This document shows, one piece after another, positions 14,101 to 24,870 of a DNA stretch of 64,000 nucleotides. Below the pieces are notes generated by a model, which was not told the origin of the DNA, ran no database searches, and saw only the letters and a program-made list of their open reading frames with translations. Where the stretch lies: assembly GCF_000143415.4 (NCBI RefSeq), contig NW_003314294.1, positions 1,490,014 to 1,554,013 of the forward strand, given 5' to 3'. This DNA is from Selaginella moellendorffii (lineage: Eukaryota; Plantae; Lycopodiophyta). The translations under genes were made by a program, and so were the position numbers. Position 1 is the first letter of the stretch. Every line of letters starts with the position of its first letter.

Positions 14101-14695
14101 GATACGGCTCACGTCGATTGTATATACTTTGTTGGAATAGTAACAAGTACTATTATCTGCGACGATTTTTGCTGCCTCTTCTTGCTCTTTCTGCTCTTTG
14201 CGGCTCTTCTTTTTGGTGGGTGTAGTGTTCGAACCCGAGGCAATGGCATCACCGAGTAACTTCTTTTTTGGAGCAGCAGAGTCGGACGTCGGCTTGAGCT
14301 TGACCACCCTTTTCTGCTTCGGGGTAGTTTCCAGATCGACCCCCTTCCCCTTCGCTTCGCAAACTGGAGGCACTCTCAACGGCTCAATGTTGGAATATAG
14401 GTTTTGAACATCGCCGTAGGTGAGGTCCGTGGATTCCATGTGATCTTCATAGACCCGCAGCGTCTTTGAAATTGTGGGCCTCCTGGACAACCTCTCCCTA
14501 GCTCCCTCTAGGAATTCCTCATAACCGCTGCCCCCCTCCGAGAAGCCGCTAGGATGTGCAAGGTGGATCTTGAAGGCGGACGCTGTCTCTACCACAAGTG
14601 CCAGTCCATATTCTTGCATGGAACTGCATGGAGTGTCTGTCACTTGGATGAGGATCCCCATGCATTCTTTTCTCCCACCATCTGTGTTGTACAGC

Positions 14696-15843
14696 TGTAA
14701 GGAACCAACTCGCCGAGGTGTCGTAGGCTAAAGGAACCCCGAAAGCATGACCAAAATGACAAAGAGTTCATCGGATGGGACCAAGTCGAAGATCGAGTCC
14801 AAGACCGACTCTAGGACCGAGTTCGAGATAGAGTCCGGAATCGAGTCCGAGACCGACTCGGGGACCGAGTTCGAGTCCGAGTTCGAGACCGAGTTCGAGA
14901 CGGAGTCCGAGATCCGAAATCGGGTCCGAGACCGAGTCCGAGGTCGAGTCCGAGGTCGGGTCCGAGATCGGGTCCGAGATCGAGTCCGTGATCGAGTCCG
15001 AACCCGAATCCGAAGTCGGATCCGAAATCGGGTCCGAGATCGAGCCAGAGACTAAGTCCAAATACTAATACGGGTCAAGGGGTGAAAGCCCAAAGCGTGC
15101 GTCTCCCAGGGGGGGGGGGCTGCAGGGGGTTCCAAAAGTATAGTAGGGATAGTGAGGTCCAAGAACCAGTTTTGAAGGGACTCTCCAGTTGGGCTTCCAA
15201 ACCGACTTGAGGTTGGGACTGGGACTAAGGGGCCTTGGGTGGGAGTGAGCATGGACTTGGCTGGTGCCGGAGGGGCCATCCAAGGAAGTGCTCAAGAGCA
15301 GCTCCCACTCCCGAAAGGGAAACCGATTGCGGTGCTCCCGGCTCATGTGGAGTGGTGCCCCACTTGAGTACCATGCGGCTCATTGGTCCTCGCCCTTCCT
15401 AGGGGCTTGGGCCTTCCTTCGGGACGGAAGTGGGGGGCGAGAGGTACCCATACCGGGCCGTTAGGCCACGGTGTTTCGCCCCGGCGTCCCGAAGCAAGTG
15501 TTGCACTCAAGACTTGGGATTTAGAGGGTCCCATGATCAAGTCTTGTGGTACCAAGGGATGTTAGGAACCTGGAAGCTTGGTGTGCTTGGCTGCTTGTGC
15601 TTGCGGGGAGTGTAGCCGAACCTTAAGTCCAGTCTAACCCGGGGAGGGGGATTGGGAGTGATTTGGGAATCCGTGGAAGGATGGCTAACACTCCGTTGCC
15701 CGTGCAGTGAGTAGCTGAAACCAAGTAGGAGTTGGTACCATAGGCGAGAACCTTGGCAAGGGAACTTAGCAAAAGCCAAGGCAGTGTTGGACGGATAGAC
15801 GAGGTAAGCTGGCAAATTGGAAAGGAAAAATTTGTGGCTTACA
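14696..15843 (+). repeat. 5' LTR of family A, with internal GAGTCC/GAGATC hexamer array
   Basis: Direct repeat of 21086-22233. Confidence 0.97.
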
Positions 15844-15902
15844 ATTTGGTATCGGAGCCTTTATCTCAGTTCTAGCGAAGGATAGAGGCGGATTGCTGGG
15901 AG

Positions 15903-18900
15903 ATGGCAAGGGCAGGGCGTAAGCGAACCCAGGCGGAGACGGAACCTCCGCCGGAGCTGGAGCCTCCGGTTGAACAAGAGGCTATGGATGAGGAATCCTT
16001 GCATGAGGAGGACTCCAGTGAGGAAACTTCCAAACAGGAGTCCGGTGGCGAGGTTCGGTCGTCCAAGGCTCGATTGGACGTGCTAGAAGGACAGTTGGCA
16101 CAGACCAATGCCCTGCTGGAGACTCTCGTACGCAAGTTAAAGCGTGACGAGAAGCGGAAGAAAAAGCGAAAGACTGCGGATGCTGGCAGCGCAGAAGGTG
16201 CGGACCCTTCGGCAGGGACTGAGGCAAAACCAGACAAGGTCGAACAGACCGAAGTGGAATCAGTCCCTCAGGCAGTTCCCAAGTACAAACCAAAGCCCCC
16301 ACCGGTGTTCAAGGGAGTGAACGACTATAAGGTTGTGGAGGATTGGTTTTACGATATGGAGGACTACTTCCGAGCGTTGCGGTTACCGAGCTCGGAGAAG
16401 GTCCCATGTGCAAAACCATACTTGGCAGATAATGCCAAGTCTTGGTGGAGAACAACGGAGGCCAACGAAGGACCGGTGGCCACTTGGGACATGATGAAGG
16501 CGAGGATCCGCGCGACATACGTTCCTCCGAATGCCACTCTGCATCTGAGAGATGAGCTGAGTAGGCTGAAGCAGACTGGAACCATCCAGGAATATGTGAA
16601 TGGGTTCATGGCAAAGAGGATACTTGTCACGGACATGGGGGATATGGATGCGTTCCATGCCTTTATATCAGGTTTGCAAACCTGGGCTCGCGGTGAGGTG
16701 ATGCGCTGGAACCCGACCAACTACAAGGAAGCGTTGGATGCGGCCATCAAGGTGCATTTCAACGATAACCTGCGAAAGGGGAACACGACGGGGTCGGGAT
16801 CCACGTTTCACAAAGGGGCCAAACCGAGGGGAACATACAGCAAGGGGAAATTCAAGAAGAGTTTCTCTAAGAATGAGTCCTCGGGGTTCCGGAAAGGCAA
16901 ATCCGGTGGCCAGCGAGCGAGTACGTGGGGAAGTCAAGCGAAAAGAGACAAACCCACGGATAAGAAGGTCAAGTCGTATAGCAGCGTGGGCAACAACGTA
17001 TGCTACAACTGCGGCGAAGCGGGACACTTCTCAAGGGAATGTCCCTACCCGAAGAAGGCCAGAGCCAATATGGCCATCAAGTCGGGTGAAGTCCAAACTG
17101 AGGTATGTGATCCAGTCCCTAACTCAAAGTTACTCATTACACGAGCAACTTTGGTAGAGAGTCGTTCGCGACATCTACTAGCCCTCCGAGGGAAGCTCGG
17201 AGGTAGCTTTGTTAAGATCCTTATTGACACGGGTGCTTCGGATAATTTTGTGGCTGCAGACATAGTCCGGCAAGCCAGACTAACGGTGCAGCGGCTAGGC
17301 GAACCAAGGACTATAGAGTTTGTTCAAGGTAGCCAAAGCACCGATGAGGTACTTCGACAAGCGAGAGTCGAAGTGGGGACATGGAAAGTGGACATGGATT
17401 TCACCGTCTTGGACATGGCGGGATTTGACGTGATCTTCGGAATGGATTGGTTTAATCGGTTCGTGGTGGCCCTGCATGGACAAGGTAGGAACCTTGTGGT
17501 ATTGGCGAATGCCCAAGGAAGAAGATCTAGGGTGGAGGCCCAGGATCTAAAGGTAGGGCAAAGCAAGGCCAAAGAGTCATGCTTAAACCTGGTGTCCACG
17601 AGAGGACAACTCACTAAAGGAACTAAGGCAGCCTTTTTGTGCTTACTCTCGGTGAAGAGTGACAAAAAGACAAGAACGGAAGAAGTACCTTTAGTGATCC
17701 AGCAGGTGCTGGACCAATTCCAGGATACCATGCCAGAGGAGCTACCGGCGGGGTTGCCCCCCGCACGACCGATAGAACATAAGATTGAGCTGGTCGAGGG
17801 TGCTGAGGCGGTGGTTCGTCCACCCTATCGATTGAACGAAAAAGAACTCAAGGAGCTCAAGAGCCAACTAGAGGAGTTGGTGGACAAAGGGTATGTTAGG
17901 TTGAGCAAGTCACCGTATGGGGCGCCGGTGCTATTTGTGAAAAAGAAAGATGGATCTATGCGCATGTGCATAGACTACCGGTTGCTCAACAAGTATACCA
18001 AGAAGAACAAGTACCCTTTGCCAAGGATCGAGGACCTGTTCGATAGGTTGGGAAAGGCAAAATACTTCTCGAGGATTGACCTAAGGTCAGGATACTACCA
18101 GATCAGGGTAGCTGAGGAAGATGTCGAGAAGACAACCTGTCGAACGAGGTATGGGAGCTTTGAGTTTTTGGTGATGCCCTTTGGGCTGTGCAATGCGCCG
18201 GCAACGTTTTCGGCGTTGATGAACCACATCTTTGTACCCTATCTGGATCGCTTCGTGGTCGTCTATATTGACGACATCTTGATCTATAGCGAGACGCTAG
18301 AGGAGCATGCCGAACACTTGGCGAAGGTGTTTGAGAAACTAAGGGAACACAAACTGTATGCTAAAGAGAGCAAATGTGACTTTGCTCAACAAGAGGTAAA
18401 GTTTCTCGGGCATGTGGTGGGCCAGGACGGGCTCAAGGTGGACCCGGAGAAGGTCCAAGCGATCCAGGAATGGGAACGACCATCGAATGTACATGAGTTG
18501 AGGGCGTTCCTGGGGTTATGCAACTACTATCGAAAGTTTATCAGACACTATTCGAGAGTAGCCCTGCCCTTAACGGACCAAACAGGAAAAGGGAAGATGG
18601 TATGGACAGCGGAATGCGAGGCGGCATTCGTCCACCTCAAAGGGAAGTTGAGGAAGGCTCCGGTGTTGGCATTACCAGACTTTGGTAAGGACTTTGAGGT
18701 AGACACGGATGCTTCGGACTTTGCGTTGGGCGCAGTTTTGAAGCAAGACAACCATCCAGTAGCGTTCTTCTCGAAGAAGCTGGACAAGGCTCAACGGAAG
18801 TGGCCTGCCCACGAGAAGGAATTGTTTGCGGTGGTCAAGGCGCTCAAGGAGTGGCGACACTACCTTGGGAGACACTTCAAGGTTTACACGGACAATGTGG

Positions 18901-20675
18901 CAACGAAACACTTCTTGTCACAGCCCGACCTAAGGGGAAAACAAGGTCGGTGGGCCAATGCTTTGGCCGAGTTTGATTGCGAGATCCTGTACAAGCCTGG
19001 GAAGAGCAACATCGTGGCAGATGCGCTAAGTCGAAAAGCGAGCTTGAAGTTGGCGATATCTAGCGCGACAGCAACCTTTTGGGACGATGTGCGGACCGCA
19101 TACGAGAGTGATGGTCTAGCACAAGAAGTGTTGCTGAGGAATCTGGAGGCGCGGGAAGCTCACCAGAGAGGTGAGCTGCCAACGGAAGAGAAAACGGGCT
19201 ATGCGGAACGCAACGGACTCATATATTACAAGCAAACGAGGGTGTATGTTCCAGAAGGGGAACTAAGGAAAGTAGCCTTGGAAGAGTGTCATGACGGACC
19301 TCTTGCGGGACACGGCGGAGTGCCCAAGACGATGGGCTTACTCAAAAGGAAGTATCACTGGCCGGATATGGCTAAGGACGTCGAAGACTATGTAAAGACA
19401 TGTCCAACATGTCAGCAGGTCAAGGCCGTGACGAAGGCTAGTGGGGGCTTGTTGCAAAGCATCCCCATTCCAGATCGTCCGTGGAAATGTCTCACGATGG
19501 ACTTCATCACGGGACTACCCCCAAGCGAGGGGTTCGATGCAATATTCGTGGTGGTGGACCGATTTTCGAAGATGGCACATTTCATACCCACCACAACGGA
19601 TGTGGATGCGGAAGGTGTGGCGAAGCTGTTCTTCGAACAAGTGGTTCGAGTGCGGGGAAGGCCGGAAGAGATTATCTCAGATCGGGATAAGATCTTCACC
19701 AGTAGGTTCTGGAGGACACTCCTAGAACAGTATCGCACCAAGTTGAAATTCAGCACGGCCTATCACCCACAGACAGGTAATGGGTATTGAGTCAAGATTG
19801 ATGGCACTAACACTTCTTGACAGACGGACAAACGGAAAGGGTGAATAGGCAGCTGGAGGATTATTTGCGATGCTATGTCTCGGGAGACCAGACCGACTGG
19901 GTAAGTCATTTGGGACTTGCGGAAATGTGTTATAACAACTCACCACATTCGAGCATCGGGGTGAGTCCATGGGAAGTCATCAATGGGCGAGCTATTGAAG
20001 GTCCTGTGGAACTCGGTGTGGCCGAGTATCATGGAGAGTTACCCGCAGTGGAGGCATTCACGGCGGAAAGACTCAACATTTGGAATCTAGTGAGGGATTC
20101 CTTGGAACGAGCTCAACAAAGGCAAACCAAGTACGCGAACCTAAAGCGCCGGGATGTAGAGTTCCAAGCTGGGGAGAAGGTGTGGCTGAACACCAAGAAC
20201 CTTAGGCTACCAAGTGGGATCAGCCGAAAGTTGACCCAAAGGTAAAAATGCATGTATTCCTGTAAATGAATTGATCTTGAGTTCCTTAAGCAGGTTCGCG
20301 GGGCCTTACGAGATTGAGGCACGAATCGGTAAAGTGGCTTACCGACTCCGACTTCCTCGAGAGATGGGGAAGATGCACCCAGTGTTCCATGTGAACTTAC
20401 TCAAGCCGTACTTTGAGGATCCGCTTCGCAAGGACCAAGTAAGACCTTTACCTGAGGTTATCCAAGGGGAAGAGGAATACGAAGTCGAGGCCATCCTCAA
20501 TGCGCGCAAGAGCAAGCGACAAGGACGCGAGGTGAGAGAGTTCCATGTGAAGTGGAAGGGATTTCCACACTGCGAAGCAACATGGGAACCGGAGGAGAAC
20601 CTAGCGAACGCGCGAGATCTAGTGGAGGAATTTCTGCAAGGCAGAACTCTATGTACTTATGCAAAGTTCAATTAA
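15903..20675 (+). CDS. Gag-PR-RT-RNaseH-IN-chromodomain polyprotein; exons 15903-19776, 19824-20241, 20294-20675 (1557 aa spliced)
   Basis: CCHC knuckle [14 protein letters not shown]; PR LIDTGAS; RT YIDD; RNase H TDAS; IN HHCC and D,D,E; GPY; chromodomain 'EYEVEAIL...[15 protein letters not shown]'; splicing the two GT-AG introns restores HPQTDGQTER and KLTQRFAGPY. Confidence 0.93.
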
Positions 20676-21085
20676 AAATATATCAATTTGCAAAGTTGAG
20701 CAAGTGGCATATGTTGGGACCCGAAGGCGCGCCGAAGGTGAGCTAATTAGCATGGGTTAGCTAGGTCGACCAGGCGTAGGGAGCTACGCCCGACTCCCTG
20801 CGGGGATGTCGAAACCGTAGACGTATTCTACGGAGGTTGGGTTCGAGTCCCAACCCCCTAGTAAAGCAAGGCTGGGTTCAAGTCCCGACCCCATACTAGG
20901 GCGTGGTGAGGGGTGGAGTATAGGGACACCTATATTCCGTTGTCATGAGCTCTTGGCCGGGGAGGCTAACTTAGGCACACCGCTAAGTGGGGGGATGCCC
21001 CTGGAGACATGGTCAACAAGTCGTAGGATAAAAAAAAAAGAGACGTTCGATGTGGGCATCGAACTTCTTCTATGGGTGGTGGAGT

Positions 21086-22233
21086 TGTAAGGAACCAACT
21101 CACCGAGGTGTCGTAGGCTAAAGGAACCCTGAAAGCATGACCAAAATGACAAAGAGTTCATCGGATGGGACCAAGTCGAAGATCGAGTCCAAGACCGACT
21201 CTAGGACCGAGTTCGAGATAGAGTCCGGAATCGAGTCCGAGACCGACTCGGGGACCGAGTTCGAGTCCGAGTTCGAGACCGAGTTCGAGACGGAGTCCGA
21301 GATCCGAAATCGGGTCCGAGACCGAGTCCGAGGTCAAGTCCGAGGTCGGGTCCGAGATCGGGTCCGAGATCGAGTCCGTGATCGAGTCCGAACCCGAATC
21401 CGAAGTCGGATCCGAAATCGGGTCCGAGATCGAGCCAGAGACTAAGTCCAAATACTAATACGGGTCAAGGGGTGAAAGCCCAAAGCGTGCGTCTCCCAGG
21501 GGGGGGGGGCTGCAGGGGGTTCCAAAAGTATAGTAGGGATAGTGAGGTCCAGGAACCAGTTTTGAAGGGACTCTCCAGTTGGGCTTCCAAACCGACTTGA
21601 GGTTGGGACTGGGACTAAGGGGCCTTGGGTGGGAGTGAGCATGGACTTGGCTGGTGCCGGAGGGGCCATCCAAGGAAGTGCTCAAGAGCAGCTCCCACTC
21701 CCGAAAGGGAAACCGATTGCGGTGCTCCCGGCTCATGTGGAGTGGTGCCCCACTTGAGTACCATGCGGCTCATTGGTCCTCGCCCTTCCTAGGGGCTTGG
21801 GCCTTCCTTCGGGACGGAAGTGGGGGGCGAGAGGTACCCATACCGGGCCGTTAGGCCACGGTGTTTCGCCCCGGCGTCCCGAAGCAAGTGTTGCACTCAA
21901 GACTTGGGATTTAGAGGGTCCCATGATCAAGTCTTGTGGTACCAAGGGATGTTAGGAACCTGGAAGCTTGGTGTGCTTGGCTGCTTGTGCTTGCGGGGAG
22001 TGTAGCCGAACCTTAAGTCCAGTCTAACCCGGGGAGGGGGATTGGGAGTGATTTGGGAATCCGTGGAAGGATGGCTAACACTCCGTTGCCCGTGCAGTGA
22101 GTAGCTGAAACCAAGTAGGAGTTGGTACCATAGGCGAGAACCTTGGCAAGGGAACTTAGCAAAAGCCAAGGCAGTGTTGGACGGATAGACGAGGTAAGCT
22201 GGCAAATTGGAAAGGAAAAATTTGTGGCTTACA
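21086..22233 (+). repeat. 3' LTR of family A
   Basis: Direct repeat of 14696-15843, followed by TSD ACAGC. Confidence 0.97.
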
Positions 22234-23506
22234 ACAGCATCAGATCCTCGCCTTCCATCCCGAAAGTCCAACTGGTGAGCTCCTCCCCCTTCTCTGCATC
22301 CACATTGACAGTGGCTGGAAGAAGAATGCAATTCCTTGCCTGTTCAGAAATGCACAACAATTAGAGCTGACAGATGAAAAGCTAGCAGCTGGAAATAACG
22401 TGAGGCCACACGCCATTCACCACTACATCAGATGTCTTGAGGCTGCATCCTAAGATGGCGTGAGGCTACACGCCATCTGTAACCAGACTGCACTCGAGAG
22501 CCCAATCGGTGCATGCCAATGTTGCTACTGAATGGCATGTGGCCTCATGCCATTTTCTACTTGGTCTAAAAGACTTACCATTTGAAGCCGAATGGAGGCC
22601 GTGACAATCGAGGCCGGACTCACTGGCGAATGTGCACTGTGTGTGCAGCGGATTGTAGCAGCAAGGCTACTCTGCCACTTACAGTTGGAGAGTGGTGCTG
22701 AAATCTCCCGGGACGCCAAGTGGGCTGCGTGTGGGTGGCGGAGTGGGCAGCGGAGTTGGCGGCGAAGTTACAAACTGGGTGTGTCTTGAAGTGGACGCCG
22801 ATGCACAGCACGAGCGCGAGAAAAATTCCCTTTCAGTGCAAATGCTGCAAGAGGCAGATGCCGAGCACAAAGGACTGTAACTACCTCACATGACACAGAT
22901 AAACTTTTCTTTATTTGGCAAAGATAAACTTTATAGCGTGTGGGCTCATGGAATTTTGAACCCAAAAAATGCACCAAAAAATTCTCGGCGTCATCTGGCG
23001 TTATCTCTTGAATGGCGTGGGGCCGCATGCCATTTTCAGGGGCACATAGGAGTATATTCCTAGGATATTCTGACACGCGCGAGATTTTTTTGAGTTTTCT
23101 AGAGATCCAACCGTTAGATCGCAACTAGATTTTATAGAATGGTATACAATGTCTTTCTTGATGACCTTGCAAAGAAGCATCTCGATCGGACACCACATGA
23201 GACCACACGAGCCTTACAATGTTTCAGGGGCATTTGCCATAGATCCGACCGTTATTTTGCTCCAAGATTTTACAGTTTGGTGTGCATTGACCTTTCCATC
23301 GAAACTGCAAAGGAACATCACAATCAGATGTGGGATCACAAAAAACTAACTTCACTAACTCTGGTTTCACCAAGATCTACGTAAGGAGTTATGAAATGAA
23401 AGGACCCTCTCTATTGAAATGTGTTTATGGTCCTAGGGGCATTGTGACATATCAAAGGATTTTGCATCAAGTTCTGTATTTGCATGTTTATCAAGCTACT
23501 GAATTG

Positions 23507-23540
23507 CTAAACCCTAAACCCTAAACCCTAAACCCTAAAC
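23507..23540 (+). repeat. Interstitial plant telomeric / telo-box array (CCCTAAA)x4+
   Basis: CTAAACCCTAAACCCTAAACCCTAAACCCTAAAC read directly. Confidence 0.9.
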
Positions 23541-24870
23541 ATGTGGCAAATGCTGCGTGAAGAAAGATGCCCTTTCTGGGCAAATGCTGTAAGAGGCAGA
23601 TGCCGAGCAGATGTATCTCAGGCTAGCGAAGGGGACAAACGAAAGCTAGCTATAAACATGACGGGATGCAAATAGATTACTAGGCTGGTGCTACGAAAAT
23701 CAAAAACCATAATTGAAAACATTGAAAATGCAAAAAGAAAGGTTTATAATATTTTTGAATTTTAAGCAACCAAAGGAATGTAAGTAGGGCATGTGTTTGT
23801 AAGTTTAAAAATGCCTCAACCACTTAAATTCCCAAGTAAATAAAGCTGTTTCTATTTTTGGTACAGATAAACTTTATAGCGTGTGGGCTCATGCAATTTT
23901 GAACCCAAAAATGCACCAAAAAATGCTCGACTAGCATTATTCTTTGAATGGCGTGTGGCCTTATGTCGAGCATTATTCTTTGAATGGCGTGTGGCCTTAT
24001 ATTGCCATAAATGGACGTACACACACAGCATAATTATTCCTTTACACGGCGAATAATCTTGGCGCGGATCGCTGACATGGCATGGCAAAGTTCGAATCAC
24101 TGACATGGCACAGCTGGATCGAGGCAAGGACATGATGTGACAAAGTTCAACCTCCGACAGCAAAGTCTAGAAGCTACTCAGTTTGAAATTTGTCAGAGGA
24201 GTCATAAGATCTGGTTTGTCAGAGGATTTGATGTGACGTTCAAGCGTGTGTTATTTTTGAATTCTCGAACTCATTCCTAGGTCTATCATTTTTGTGCGCC
24301 GTGTTCTTGGTTCCGCTGAGCGCAGTGAGCGCTGCTTGTGTAAGCGGCGTTGTGGGCTGTGGTTTATGCGTTTACGAGCGGTTGCGGCATTGCGAGCGCC
24401 ATTGCGAGCGGCAGTTTATGCGAGTGGCAGTTTGTGCGAGCGGCGCTACGAGCAGTTGCGGTGTTGCGAGCAGCGCTACGAGTAGTTGCGGTGTTGCGAG
24501 CGGCACTGTCTTTGGTGTGGCTACCGCTTCCTCTTGATATTCGGCACTTGTGCTTCCTGGTATGTTCACCATGGAATGGCTTAGGACCATATTTAGAAAT
24601 GGCATGAGGCCACATGCCATCTTGGGCCCTTGCAATTTCATGGCTAGCGTATTGTCATGTATGTTTTTACTTGCCTGCAGCTGTGTGTATATCAAGATGG
24701 CATGAGGGCTCATGCCAATTTTGTGAATGCGAAATTTCACGTGGGTGTCAATAGCATGTTTGAATAATGGCATGTAGCCTCATGCTATTGAGGTTGTTTG
24801 GTATGTTATGATTTAGGCCATTCTCCAATCATTTTTTGTATGGTCTTAACTTCTTTATTGCACTTTCAGA

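Larger units (their letters stand above)
14696..22233 (+). mobile_element. Intact Ty3/gypsy chromovirus (family A), 7538 bp
   Basis: TG...CA LTRs 14696-15843 and 21086-22233 (1148 bp each, four transitions seen); TSD ACAGC; PBS TGGTATCGGAGC 15847-15858; purine-rich tract before 21086. Confidence 0.97.
11186..22339 (-). pseudogene. Cargo: large multi-exon gene (ParB/Srx-like, helical region, degenerate amino-MTase-like fold, basic and acidic tracts), disrupted by the LTR element and one frameshift
   Basis: Frame reads through the empty site (…EGEDLMLYNTDGGRKECMGIL…); 'IDVSRIEI..NHRLVSNEWVEKLKQKM...FYAVSGQHSSLA'; introns 13564-13617, 12204-12253, 12073-12128, 11952-12000, 11761-11807 keep phase; +1 shift in the T6 run 12883-12888. 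Confidence 0.7.

Noticed and set aside
14747-15815. Ser/Asp/Arg-rich ORFs in LTRs (also 2939-3636, 5100-5548, 21137-22005, 41259-41964)
   Set aside because: By-products of stop-free tandem arrays, open in several frames and on both strands
19790-20271. Integrase breaks as pseudogenising mutations
   Set aside because: Clean GT-AG inserts that restore conserved motifs and are shared by an independent copy
20641-20720. Possible third intron after the chromodomain
   Set aside because: Donor reads GC here and AT in the other copy; no clear acceptor or downstream exon
23507-23540. True chromosome end
   Set aside because: Only ~34 bp and internal to a transposon
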